A stretch of 64,000 nucleotides of DNA from Marsupella aquatica (GCA_973895155.1 OZ316898.1:19293292-19357291); one strand, 5' to 3'; numbered from the stretch's first letter, positions 12,996 to 25,870 are shown. Translations and numbers: made by a program. Notes: a model not told the origin generated them from the sequence alone.

Positions 12996-13555
12996 TAAAA
13001 AGTAGTTATTGTTTGTGACATTACCATTGAAAAACATGGATAACTTGAAAATTTACAAATTTTCAAAATGCCTTTACCACTTATTCATGAATTCATGGTT
13101 AAAGTTTCTTGAGAAATTTGTAGTTTAATATTATCTTAGTGGGTTGTGTTTCAATTCAATTAGATGGTGTCATTTCTATTCTCCTTGTCTTCTTTTCACA
13201 ATAATGTGTATCAGGTTAAGTTGTAGTAATTTATTTTCTGGTTTTTAAATGACAATGGCTTTTGGAGGTGATTTAGTTGTTGTTTCAAAAGACACCTCGT
13301 GTAATTGTGAGACCATTGTAGATAATAGTGTTGTATTTGAGATCATTTATTGGTGGAATGTAACTTCAGATGAATTTGGTCATTTTTAGGTGTCAAAACA
13401 TAGCTAGTTTATGTCATATTTTGTTCGCTCCATATTTTTGCTCTAAAATAAGTGCTAATTTTTGCACTTTTTTTGACTTTTTCGTTGTTTTTCTGATTTT
13501 TTGGCTAGAGTTCCTAAAGTATGGGCTTGTTACTCATCATTTAAGGCTTCTTGTT

Positions 13556-14314
13556 AATGGTGCATTATCCATTCTCGTGAAATATCAAAAAACAATTCAA
13601 GAGAGATTCAATTACTTTGACAATGAAGATAAACTATGGTGGATGACATTATTTGAGAAACAAAAAGATGTTAAATCAACTCGGTTATCAAAAACCACTT
13701 AGTGGAGGGTGAGTGGTTATTTGAATGGGAATGGCCACAACAAAATGAAGGGCCCACACAGTTTCCAAGTGTGTCGACAAATCAAATTTTGACGGAAGGC
13801 GTTGACTTAACTTTAGTTGATAAAGTTGCAGGATTACTATATAACTCAGATAATTATTATGACCTGGCATTACGAGGGTAGAGGCGATGAGCTTATGATC
13901 GTAAAGATAATTATTACGTACAAAGGCCCTCGGCGAAAGCAAGCCAAACTCGGGGCCTTCAAAGATATGGAAGTGAACAATAAATGGTCAGTGATATGCG
14001 TAGCAGCACACAAAGATCCCGAAGGCATGCAAGTTTTTTGGATGGCGAAGGTGTCAATGAAAGATTCTGACAAAAAAAGAAGACATTTTGGAGAGAGCGT
14101 GGTACACATTCAACTGAGGCAAATGTTGAGACTGCAATTGATAAAACATATTTTCCAAAGAAAGATAATGTATCTAATTAATACACTCCTTCAAGATGAA
14201 CTTTCTTTGTCGTCGACAACAACGATATACACATACAATTTTGTGCTTTTGACAAATAACCAAATTGCAGCAAAAACAAAAAAGATTATAGCAAAGGCTG
14301 CTATTTTAGAGTGA
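13556..14314 (+). pseudogene. Decayed older Sola-like transposase remnant, right half
   Basis: KLWWMTLFEKQ, FKDMEVN..FWMAKV and ELSLSSTTTIYTYNFVL parallel VNWWRMFFEEQ, FSDLEVN..FWVAKV and ELDLSSTTVFAYNFML of the intact transposase. Broken across separate ORFs. Confidence 0.8.
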
Positions 14315-15123
14315 GGTTCTCTATCTTCAGAAGACTGAGAGGGATATGCTCAATAGACCCCCTCCAGGAGAAACTTTACTTGATCAGCCCCCTCCAAACT
14401 TGTTTGCCCCAATCAGCCCCCTCATTATGGCCCGTACCCTTTTCTCCCGTGTAAGGCAGTTTCCCCCGTGTAAAGGCCATACTGCACAGTTGGGAGCCAT
14501 GCCACCACGCAGGGTCGCCTCCCGCAGTCGACCATGAGACTCCGCTGCAGTAGGGCCGCAACTACGCGGTTTTGCGTTCTCGCACTATATATGGTCCCTT
14601 ATGAGTGTGAATACTTCGTGGTTTATGTCTTCAACAAAATTTCTGTTTAGGGCGCACATTGTCGGGGCGGTTTAGGGTCAAGCGCGCAGTAATCAGGCAA
14701 CGGGACCTCGTAATTAGAAGTCAAAATTGGGCATTTGCCCATCCACGCCGCCACGATCAACATTAGGGTTATGTTACGCGAATGCAAATACATTGACATG
14801 ATTGTATTCTATTTGTAAACTGATCTCTGCATTTTTAATATCCTCCCATCCCAACTTTTGTCCATGCTCGATAACAAGTACACTCAACTTTCCACGAGGC
14901 GCACGGCGCACGCACCTGCCACCATCGATTGCACAGGAAAACAAGGTACTACTGTGCAGATGTTAGAATGTGTAAACTGAAGGCACAAACAATGTCAGGA
15001 AACGACGTCAGTTCATGGGCTGCAGAGTCCTTTCGCATGTGGCTTAGTAAATGTTTTTGAGCTTTACGTTAAATGGACATGACTAACCTCTGCATAGTAC
15101 TCATATGCACATTGAAGTACAGG

Positions 15124-18100
15124 ATGGCAGATGATGTAAGTGACATCAATCTTTGGCGTCGAGGGGATGTTTGTGAGGTGGACATTCCCGATTCTGACAG
15201 GCAATCACCACAAAGAGCAAGGCGGGGAACAACACAAAGACATCTGAAAAATCTGAAATCAATCCTGGATGGGAAGAGTCCCAAAGAAGGTGAATCTACT
15301 GTGCTTCAAGTTAGTATTTGGAGGATTTGTTTGGCTTAAGTATGAAGTTGCTCCCGTATGAATCATAAGTTTTTCACTGTTGAAGTGGAGAGCTCCCGTA
15401 GACGTTCTTCATTATGTATCCTACAATGCTCTTGGCAGTGGAAGCAGAGGCGGCTCGCATTCATCTGGGCGAGCGTTTTAACAATTTTGATGAATTTGAT
15501 AGATGTTTGGACTCGTGGGCTGTCATGCATGGTCGAGTAGTGTATAGACAAGTTAAAACCTCCCCCAATTTTCGAACAAGGGTTTGCCGATTTAGTAAGA
15601 TTGCTCATCGACATGAAAGGAAGTCAAGTGGTGACATCAGACCTGGGCCAGACAGTTCTGAATGTAGTGATAGTTCAGAAGATGAAGATGCACTATATAT
15701 CCATGAATTGGATGATGCAGATGAACATGAATTAGATTGGCACTATAACAGTCGTTACGGTGAGTATAGTAGGTTCCATGATAGAGGAATGACATCTGAA
15801 CCAAGGGGGACACGAAGGACACACAATGCCTATGCAGAACCATTATTGACAGCGGAAGAGGTAAAGCTTTTCAAGAGTCCATACCTATATCATTGTGGTT
15901 TTTTTGAAGGGTTAGAAATGTAATACTTGTCACTCTGTGTTTTGATGCATGGTATGTTTGTGCTGCCATTGCAGATGGAAGACCGTGAGTTTCAAATTGC
16001 TATTCAATAGATGGCAGGATCAACAAACCAGTCTGGAGCAATCGTTCTCACAAATGCTCCACAGGTATACCTCAACCGGAATGTCTTCTTTGCATTTTAC
16101 CATCAATGTTTTGTATACGACGTCATGAGTGTCTTCTATGTTTCATATAAACATCCCCATTGTGGTGTGTATTTTGTATACAATGACACCATTGTCTTCT
16201 GTGTTTCCATATACAATAACATGAATATGTTCTGTGTGGATTGCAATAGGAGGTTCGTGCACCCCTTGGACCTCTAGATCCAAACTGTCTCCAGAGGAAC
16301 ACAATGATGGCAAAGAAACCACGCACAGTAGTGTAGCATAGCAGTGTGTGGCTACCTGGGTCACATGCCCCTGGCACGGTAAAAGTCAGGAAGATATCTA
16401 CCACAGGAGTATGCGGGGAGTTTTCTAGGTTTAGGCCCCTGCCAGAGTACGATGAAGATGGTTTTGATTGTTCAGCCTACTGCCCATTCAGGGTCCGATG
16501 TCACAGGCAAGCTCACAGCGGGGCTCATATCATTATTGTGTGTGAGCTGAAACACAATTGTCCAGCATCTAAACAAAAGTGGAGGGGCCCAACACAAAAG
16601 GCAGTGTGGTTAGGAGACACACTGGCGCCTAGAGTGTGTAGAAATCTGAAGGTGCCGGTCAAAGAACTACTCTGTGGATTTCAAGGGGATTATAAAAAGA
16701 ACAGCACTTACCACCAAATGTGGCGAGCAAAAGACTATGTACGGGATCTGCACCTTGGTGGGCAGGAAGACACGTTTCAAATGATTCCGGCATTAATTGC
16801 CAGGGTGAGAGACTGACCCTGGTGCAAACTTGGCAGTCTGGTCCCCAATGGAAAACTCCAATGTTTTCTGTCGAGCATTCATTTGCCCATCAGCTACACG
16901 AAAAGCATGTACCTACATTCAACCTCTCATCTCTCTTGATGCATGTCATACAAAGAACAGGAAGTACCCCACTCAACTGTTCTTAGCTACATGTTTGGAT
17001 GGAAATGGCCAAGGATTGATTCTATGTTACGTAGTAGCTCCAGTTGAGAACACAGATAATTGGATCTGGTTTCTGGAATTGGTAGATAGATCACTCTACG
17101 GCATTGAATTGCCTCACATGCCACTCATATCAGACCGACAGAAAGGTCTACTTGCCGCTGTGAGTTACGTGTGGCCAGGTAAGATACATGCAGCATGTGC
17201 AAACCACCTGAGAGCTAATGTCAAGAACAGGCATGGCAAAGCAGCAGCAGATATTTTTACAGGATGCATACATGCCAACGATGAAAGACAGTAAGTCCAA
17301 AAACCTTCATTGCTTTGATTCTACATACATTTGACTTCTTATGTATACACCGCATACTCAGTGTTCAATACAGTAATTATATTACCTCTCCTCGAATACA
17401 GAATGTGAAGTACATATCACTCACGCAAATGTTTTCTCTGTGTATGACATGATTGTATACATTAACATCAATGTTTTCCCTGTGCACCTGTATCAGATTT
17501 GAAGCATGTTTGAAGCGACTGGCAGAGTCCGTCAAGGCATATGAGAATGCAAATGTTGTAGACTACATCAGAAGTTTTGATGCAAAACTCTATGCCAGGC
17601 ATGCCTTTCCACTTCCCCGCATGGCAAAGGTTACAAGCAACCCTGCTAAGCAAGCAAATTCAGGCTTATTCCCCTTGTGCAAATTTTCTCCTTGCAAGTT
17701 GATGGAGTGCATGTGGGTATATGTTCAGCAAAAGTTTAAAGAAAGGAAAGTAGCTGCGTTGGCGAGACAGGAAGTACTCACTATTCCAGCCCTGGTCAGG
17801 TACAACAAGAATCTCAAGATGTTTGGTCAATGGCAGGTAATCTTCATGCCTGGTCTTGTGTATGCATTACTAGCTACGTGTTCTGTATATACTGTAACAT
17901 CAATGTCTTCTTAATAGCTCGGTGTTGAATTAAAATACACTAGTATGAATGTATTCTTTATTTGAATAGTTTTGTAATTATATCCAAGTTTTCATATGCT
18001 CAGGTGTTTGATGATGGTGCGTCCACAGCCAAGGTTCAAACTACATCCCAAAGTGAGGAGTATCTAGTGTCACTGTCACCAAAGAAATGTTGCACTTGTT

Positions 18101-19015
18101 GGGAGCTGCAAGAGATGGTGTGGCCATGTGAGCATATAATGGCTTGGGATGACCAGGAAGGCAGAAAAATTTCTGCTCATTTTCACAAATGTTGGCGGAC
18201 TACTTCAATTAGGGCTTTGTATGACAATGTTTTACCTAGCTTTATTGTATCAAACTTAATGCCAAGTCCAAATTGTGTTGCTCCTGTGGCTGCTGTGAAA
18301 AGGGGCAGACATAGAATGGTCCGCATCGAACAGGGTCGTGGAGGGAGGCATCCACCTAGGGCTCTTGGAGAAGGCAAAGAATCAATGATTGACTCCCTTG
18401 GACAACTGTTCTTGAGATATCCACTAGATGATGATCCAAACAGGGTGGAACCCTTCTCAACAGCAAACACTATTGCTGGACTTCCAATTGTTCTTGTTCA
18501 ATCGAGGGCAAAGAAAGCGGGGCCTAACACTGGGAAGTGCAGGTGCAGTAAGTGTGGGCAGGTTGGACATAACCAAAGATCTTGTGATAAAGTCCATAGA
18601 TTGACACCAACAGATCCAGCAAGAGTAAGGATTCCAACATTAACAGTCTTCTTACAAGTATATATCATTACTTGTCGGCTTCATGCATGTGTGGTCTCAT
18701 GCTAGGGACAAATTTTAAATTTTCCTTCATATGCAGGTGGATAATGGTGATGCAGTCAATTTGGAGCACCCACCTGTGTCACCCTTTCCTTGGGAAGACC
18801 AACTACTGCAGACTGAATATAGTATTGAATCGACCGCACCAACAGCAGGCACAGGACCAATCCAGAGCATTGTATCTCAGCCCCTTCTCCCAAATAGTGA
18901 ACAACAATTGCCACAAGCTTTCATTGATAGGTGCATGGAATTGGCCAATGAGGCTGCAATAGAGTGTCAGGGATTTGGGTCACAATATCATGTTGATATT
19001 ATTGAACCTTACTAG
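15124..19015 (+). pseudogene. MURA-like transposase, multi-exon, inactivated (boundaries approximate)
   Basis: ISLDACH, ISDRQKGL, CANHL, TSNPAKQAN (expected catalytic E replaced by K), SWIM finger CTC..PCEH and zinc knuckle CSKCGQVGHNQRSC. Frameshift near 16809 (RVR-D* instead of RVRETDPG). Confidence 0.85.
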
Positions 19016-19533
19016 TTACTTTATTACTGAACTTTGGTTGTGCATCAAAACAGACTCTTGTCACTTTTTCCACCATTATTCTCTGATGAATACAACATAT
19101 TCATGTTGTCTTCCCGTTTATCTTCCATCCTTGCACTTGAAGACAGCGACCATGTTGTCTTCTTAACTTCCTTCATTGTTATTGAAGACATTGACCATAA
19201 TGTCTTCAAATTTGAATCTACTTCCGCAATGATATTGGCGCGCGGGACCGTTGGTCGACATTGAGTGTTCCATGGAGAATGTGCGCATTTTGCGAGCGGA
19301 CTAAAGCGGAGTCTTTGAAGTTGTCCACGTGAGTGACAACAAAGGGAGGAGGTCTTAGGAGACCAGTGTAGTAGAGGACGGACAGGACAGCACTGCAGCG
19401 CCAGAGAGAGAGGTCTGAGTAGATTGTGCAGCGCCTGAGAGCGCCAGAGAGAGCGAGAGCGCCAGAGAGATCAAGAGCACCAGGGATAGGAGAGTGACAA
19501 CGAGAGCGCCAAGGACAGGATTGCCATTTGGCA

Positions 19534-20265
19534 ATGGCAAAGTTCAATGAAGGCGGTGTTGGTTTTGTAGTTCAGTTGTTTTGGGCATTGGGGTTCGCCA
19601 TATGGACCGTATTTGCAGGTTTGAGTGCACTACTCTTCTTCCTCCATCGCATGTTGGAACGGATTTTGTGTTTGTCTTCGGTGTGGAATCGAGATAGGCT
19701 GCCTCCCCTTGCTCAAAGTACAGCGCCATCAAAATCAGAGGGTCACGATTCCCCTGTAGTGGCTGTTGTTGGGCCACCAAAACCTGTATTGGCTCGGCGC
19801 CAGGGTGCTAATGCAGGTCCATCTTCGTCAGCCTCACAAGCACAATTGGTTGACGTTGCGCAAACTCAGCCTGCCACAAGGGTGAAATTACAATCACAAA
19901 CTTTGTCCTCTCGCTCTAAGTCAATTGCTCTTCCATACAATTGTGATCTAGGCTCTACCTCAAAGAAGAAATGGTATGCCATTGCTAGGGGGCGCAGTCC
20001 TGGAATATATCGTACTTGGGAGGAGGCAGAATGTCAGGTGAGCGGATTCAGTGGAGCTAGTCACAAGTCTTTTAGGTCCCATTCTGAGGCGGAGGCATGG
20101 CTTCAACGACAATTTAGTGCAATGGGTGCACAATGGAGGGCTCCTATCAAAGCAGATGGTCATAGAGTTAATGTTGAGTTGTTGGGAGTAGATGAGTCTG
20201 GGCATGAAGTATTTAGGTGCACCTGTTGTGGGGAAGTATTTTGTAGCAATGAGCTCTTGACTTAG
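19534..20265 (+). CDS. MULE cargo ORF: N-terminal hydrophobic helix + RNase H1 N-terminal hybrid-binding (Cauli_VI-like) domain + CxxC tail, ~243 aa
   Basis: KKWYAIARGRSPGIYRTWEEAECQVSGFSGASHKSFRSHSEAEAWL is a typical RNase H1 hybrid-binding domain. The ORF is uninterrupted and single-exon. Confidence 0.75.
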   Translation: MAKFNEGGVGFVVQLFWALGFAIWTVFAGLSALLFFLHRMLERILCLSSVWNRDRLPPLAQSTAPSKSEGHDSPVVAVVGPPKPVLARRQGANAGPSSSASQAQLVDVAQTQPATRVKLQSQTLSSRSKSIALPYNCDLGSTSKKKWYAIARGRSPGIYRTWEEAECQVSGFSGASHKSFRSHSEAEAWLQRQFSAMGAQWRAPIKADGHRVNVELLGVDESGHEVFRCTCCGEVFCSNELLT

Positions 20266-20451
20266 TTTACACCACAGTGGTAATAAGTTCAAATAATAGC
20301 TCACAGGAAGTAGCAATTGCAATTTTGCTTTAGTTGCAGACATTGAAGTCTGCAACAGCATTGTACTCCAACAATTTAGAGATGTTCTACAAATTTTGAA
20401 ACTGTTTTGCAGTTGTCATGTGCATCTTGTGTGAAACCACTAGTGTTGGCC

Positions 20452-20788
20452 ATTTACGTACCCTCGCTCAAATTTCTTCTTCAAGCGAAATATCCTGTCG
20501 TTGGAAAAATGGCTAAGTGTGGTGCGAAGACTATATGGACAATGTCTTCCAAAACCCACAACATCCACCATTTACCCCTGCTCAAATGGCTTCTTCAAGC
20601 AAAATATCCTGTCGTTGGAAAAATGGCTAAGTGTGGTGCGAAGACTATATGGACAATGTCTTCCAAAACCCACAACATCCACGGTCATTTACCCCTGCTC
20701 AAATGGCTTCTTCAAACGAAATATCCTGTCGTTGGAAAAATGGCTAAGTGTGGTGCGAAGACAATGTGGACAATGTCTTCCAAAACTG
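20452..20788. repeat. Tandem repeat, ~117-120 bp unit, about 3 copies
   Basis: AAATATCCTGTCGTTGGAAAAATGGCTAAGTGTGGTGCGAAGAC recurs three times. Confidence 0.9.
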
Positions 20789-20955
20789 AAGGTGCAAACT
20801 GAAGGTAGTATCCAGCAGAATGAATAACTTTTATACATCAGAACATAGTGAATGCAACTTGCTTTTTATTCATAAATGTTTCCAGTACAAGTTGCAAGTC
20901 AAGTTGTGACCTTGCAGTGTAGATGTATCATGGGCCTCCTTGCCTTCCAATGAAG

Positions 20956-23900
20956 CTACATTGTATTCATAGTCGGTGCAAGGCCTGGTGTTGGCACTGG
21001 TATAGGGGCTAGTGCTTCTGCTGGTCCTGGTGTAGGGGCATGTGCTAGTGGTGTTCCAGGGATACCGGCAGGTGCATGTGTTGGTGTTGTTATAGGGGCA
21101 GGGGCTGAGTGTTCATTTGTTGGGATAGGGGTTGGGGCAGGTGCAAGGGATTGCTCCACCAAATTTCCCTTTCCTTTTCGCCTTTTGCTTGCCTTTTCCC
21201 GTTGTTGCCCTCCCTACAATCCAAAGCAACATCAAAAGACATTGACAAAGAGGTATTCACATTACTCAACAATTGGACGCCGCTGATGAGAAGGAATTCA
21301 ATTATGTGGCCTAAGACACAAAGGCGTACCTTGGAGGGGTTGGTTGCTGGTACTGGGATTGCTAGTGCCACTGGTGCTGAGGACATTGCTGACACATCCC
21401 TTCCCCTTTGTCTTCCTCCCTACAATGAACAAAATTATTAATTGACATAGAAGACAGTGAGGGTTGTGTATTCACTCCCTGCAAAGCAGTTTGATAAGGA
21501 AATTAGCCTAGTACATCAAGACATACCTGGGAGGGGTTGCTTGTCAGTGCCGGTGCTGCTACTGGTTTTGGGGGCACCGCTGATACACCCCTTCCCCTTC
21601 TACTTCCTCTCTACAATGGAGAATGTCATTAAGTGACTTGAATACACCGAGGGTTGTATATTTAACCCCTGCAAAGTAATATGAATAGAAAGGAATGTGG
21701 CCTTGTACAGGAAGGCAAACCAGGTTGACCTATATCAAATTTCTTTCCCGTGCACGGGCTAGAATGAAGAAATTGTAGTGCACGCAGAAGACAATTAGGG
21801 TGATGTATTCAAACTTCCAAGTAAGCGCTTTTGAGACTTACAATCTGTGGTGCGAGGGCTGGTGCTGGTGATTCCACTGCTACAACCCCTCCAGGAGCCC
21901 TTCCGCTTCGTCTCTAGAATGAAGACATTGCAGTGCACAAGACAATGAGGCAGATGTATTCAGACATTGCAAAGCATTGCAAACAAATGTTTTTACCGAA
22001 AACACAAAGGCAAACCTAGGAGTGAAAAGACATAATTGGGGTTGAAGTGTTTAGACTAGATTGCAATTGCACGACTTCCAAGTAAGCACTTCTGAGACTT
22101 GCAATCCGTGGTGCGAGGGCTGGTGCTGGTGATTCCACTGCTACAACCCCTCCACTTGTCCTTCCGCTCTATCTCTAGAATGAAGAAATTGCAGTGCACG
22201 GCGAAGACAATGAGGCAGCTGTATTTAGACATTGCAAAGCATTGCAAACATATGTTTTTACAAAAAACACAAAGGCAAACCTGGAAGGGGTTTGTTGACA
22301 TTGGAGGGGATGGTGCTGCTTTCTGTACTGGGGATGGGGACTCCAGTGGTACACCCCTTCCCCTTCGTCTTTGTCCCTACAATATATGAAATGAATGCTT
22401 AGGGGAGTGAAAAGACATTGGGTTTAAGTATTCAGACTAGATTGCAATTGAATGACTTCCAAGTTTGCACTTTAGAGACTTACAATCTGTGGTGCAGGGG
22501 CTGCTGGTGGTGGTCGTGTTGCTGCTACTGGTACCGACTCTAATAGTACAATCTATGGTGCAATGGCTGGTGGTGCTGGTGCAAGTGGTGGTAAGGACTC
22601 CGAGACTAATATACACGATATAGGCGCTGGTGCTATTGCTGCGACTGGCGCTATGAAGTCTGGGAGTAGAGTCTCAGGTGTAGGGGTTGGTGATGCTACA
22701 ACCTCCAAGATAGTCTCCGATACTACTCCTTCCTGCAATGAACACAAGGAGCATCCGAATACGATGAGGCTCATGTATTCACAATTTGCAAAGAAATTCC
22801 AAAAGTAATTGAAGCAAAGAAACAAAGACTGACCTGGAGGGGGTAGCCGTCCTCTCCCTCTCCATAGGCGTAAAGAATATTTTGGAGGCTTGAAACCAAG
22901 TGACACTGTTGTGAAAAGTTGATTCTTTGTTCATAAACATCCTGAATAGGATTGTCAATGGGATCCTGAACAGGTCGGTCAATAGGATCATGAACAGGAT
23001 GGTCAATAGGATCCTGAATAGGATCATGAACAGGATGCTCAATAAGATGATCAACATCCTCAACATGAGAAGGATTCTGATGATCACTGTCTTCATCATC
23101 CTGAACATGAGAAGGAACCTGAACATGAGAAGGAACCTGAATAGGATCTTGTACAAGAGGCGGGTCCTCAACTGAAGTATTGAGGACAGGTTCAGATACA
23201 ACGTCTGGCTCATCTGGCTGTTATCAGCATCATTTAGCAATAGACCCCACTTCTCAGGCCCAGGCTCATAGTCACTATCGTCAGAAATGTCCTCCCACTC
23301 TTCATTTAGTCCAGCCTGCACATGGTTGGGACAAGATGAGAATGGAATGTACAAACAACAAGCAAAGATTGCAGGAAGTAAAATAAAAAGGTCATACCTC
23401 TATTCGTGCAGCTTCAGTGGTCATGCCCCGACCTTTGTATTCCTGTAGCAAATTGTTAGTGGCTGTGGCTATGCTGACAGGCTTTTGCTCTTCTTTCCAC
23501 TCCTTGTAATCTTGGTATGCAGCATCAAAGTCCACTTCTTTGGGCCCATGCTTCCACTGCAGAAGCGCTCTTTTCTGAGTCAAGTAATTCAAGGCATCTG
23601 CAATGAGAGCCTCTCAAATTGTATCAAACTGCATCAGCTCGGGAGGTTGCACCTCCACATCTGCCCGGGGGAAAATGCATGGCAGGACACTACAATCTAA
23701 TTGAAGTGCCTGCAACTTACGATCTCTAGGTAGGAGTACCGGCAAAGCTCGGATTGAAGCAACCCAGCGAGACAGAATAGGAGAAATTGCAGTAGCTGAC
23801 ACAGAGTCTTGCAACATCTCGTACAAACTGTCATCCAACAAGGATGACCAACCATTAGCCTGCCCTGCACGTATGTGCACTTCCTTAATGACACGAATAA

Positions 23901-25051
23901 ACAACGATTTTGCAGGAACAAGCGGCTCATCTGTAGCAACACCATACTTCTTCTTTAGCATTGTCTTCTTCCGCAACTTAGTCTGTCTCCACCGAAGTTG
24001 CACAGTGGATCAAAGCCGGTTCCAAGAGACCTGATTGTTGTCCTTCCTCACATTTGGCCCAAGGGCCTTATGTTTCTTGGCAATCCGAGTGGAGAAGTCG
24101 GATTTTGAGAACAACCAAGGTTTGCCCGCCTCCAGTAATGCACGGGGTAATGCAGGTGGCAACTCCAACTTGTGTGTGACGTCCATGTGGGTCTGGAAAC
24201 CAGCAAAGGAAGAAAATGATCGAGGCTTGTGATCACCAGCTATGCAGACAAACACATGCTTGCCTTCAGCATCGACACGATGTCGGAAGTGATTCTCTTA
24301 CTCTGCTACCCAAATTCTTCTCATTTGTGGCGCCATGGAAACTGAGCATGAACCTTGGTTGGGCTCAAAATCGAACCCAACCTCTCCAACCTATGACCTT
24401 GACCTTCAGCCTGTATTGCTTTCCACTCCTTAATGGAAGCAGAGCGGTCCCTACACTCATGCCGACAACTTCAACACATAAGCAAATTTAGAAGACACGA
24501 ATGTCATGGTATTCAAAGAGAGTAGAAGAACTCGCAAACATCCATGTCATGGTATTCAAAACATGCACCTCCAACATTCGTTGACATGCAGACAATGTTT
24601 GTAAAGTCAGGATGCAGTCAGTCATACCTAGTGCTTCGACCGAGAATCTCCCCCTTCAAGTTAGACGCAGATCAATCCCTGTCATGAAGTCCACTTTGCC
24701 TAGAGCTCGCAGGCAACCACAAAATCCTGAGAGGAAACTTCATTCACAAATTCAAGGACAGGATTGAACTGCCACATGAAAGCAGTCCCTACACTGTTAT
24801 CCATGTAGTATTGAAACTATGCAACATAACCGGAAGACATGGATGTGATGGTGATCAAAAATTGCATAAGAACTGGGATTGAAGACGATGCAAATGATCT
24901 GCACTATTATGAAGAAGTCTAGAGCACAACAAGAGGTGATTATGATGATAGCTAGACCAAACCAACAAGAGAAGTTGAGAAAATTTAGATGTAAGAAAGC
25001 AAATTATCGTACCACTAAGCTCGTATTATCTTCCCCTCCCATCCCCTTCAT
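20956..25051 (-). pseudogene. Second MULE gene (mudrB-position, convergent with transposase), multi-exon with Pro-rich repeated exons; boundaries approximate
   Basis: ORFs 24255-24010, 24003-23614 and 23592-23392 are one frame broken by TGA codons. Contains a Cys/His segment CIAGDH..HMDVTH and several AG/GT-bounded Pro-rich exons at 21330-22380. Confidence 0.55.
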
Positions 25052-25319
25052 GGTCCAGTTCCTTGCATTGTGCCTCGTGGTACTCCAAACCTAGACTCCT
25101 GGCTAGAATCCTCCCTACTGAGCAAGCATATTGATTACCCATTCATCCACTCGTATCATGCAGGAAAATGAAAATAGAAGGTTGAAACAGAAAGAGAACT
25201 TCAGTCTAGGTGATGGATTTTCACAGGTTCACCAGGAAATCAATACCGGAAGTGATCCTCTCAATCTAAAACCACCAAAAACAACAATCATTGAAGCGAA
25301 ATGGAACTTGCCAGAATTG

Positions 25320-25870
25320 AGCGAAGTCGACCAGCAGAATCGTGAACAGCACGATCATCTCCAAAATGGTCTGCCACCAACAGTCAACGATAACTCTGCC
25401 CAAATCCTCCGTAAAGCCATGAACGAAACACAATCATCAACCAGCACAATTGTCAACCAGCACGATCGACAGCAAAATGGCCCACCGCTAGCAGTAAACG
25501 ACGCCCAACAAAAACGTCAACCAGCACGATTGTCTCCAAAATGTCCCACCGCCAACAGTCAACCACACCTCTGCCCAAATTCTCCGTAATGCCACGAAAG
25601 AAACACGATCATCAACCAACACAATCGTCAACCAGCACGATTGACAGCAAAATGGCCCGCCGCTAGCAATAAATGACGCCCAGCAAAAACGTCAACCAGC
25701 ACGATTGTCTCCAAAATGTCCCGCCGCCAACACCACACCTCTGCCCAAATCCTCCGTAAAGCCACGAAGAAACACAATCATCAACCACCACAATTGTCAA
25801 CTAGCACGATCATCAGCAAAATGGCCCATCGTCAACAGTAAACGAGCCTCTGCACAAAACCTTCGTAAAA
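25320..25870. repeat. Degenerate subterminal tandem repeats of the MULE
   Basis: Recurring CGTCAACCAGCACGAT and CTCTGCCCAAATCCTCCGTAAAGCCA blocks. Confidence 0.75.

Larger units (their letters stand above)
5433..13555. mobile_element. Sola-like TIR DNA transposon carrying a ParB-like/DNA amino-methyltransferase gene (8123 bp)
   Basis: Perfect 15-bp terminal inverted repeat AACAAGAAGCCTTAA (5433-5447 / 13541-13555), extending to 27/32 identity. A 4-bp direct repeat AATG flanks it (5429-5432, 13556-13559). Two intact divergent genes lie inside. Confidence 0.85.

Noticed and set aside
5444-13544. TTAA-targeting element (piggyBac/Kolobok/Sola3-like) with ends inside the TTAA sites
   Set aside because: Both readings keep the flanking frame, but this one requires a chance 26-bp palindromic target that is also flanked by an AATG direct repeat. 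AACAAG termini with a 4-bp TSD is more parsimonious. Other copies would settle it.
20407-20827. Repeat-protein ORFs (131 and 108 aa)
   Set aside because: Translations of a ~118-bp tandem repeat, open in overlapping frames, with no recognisable domain.
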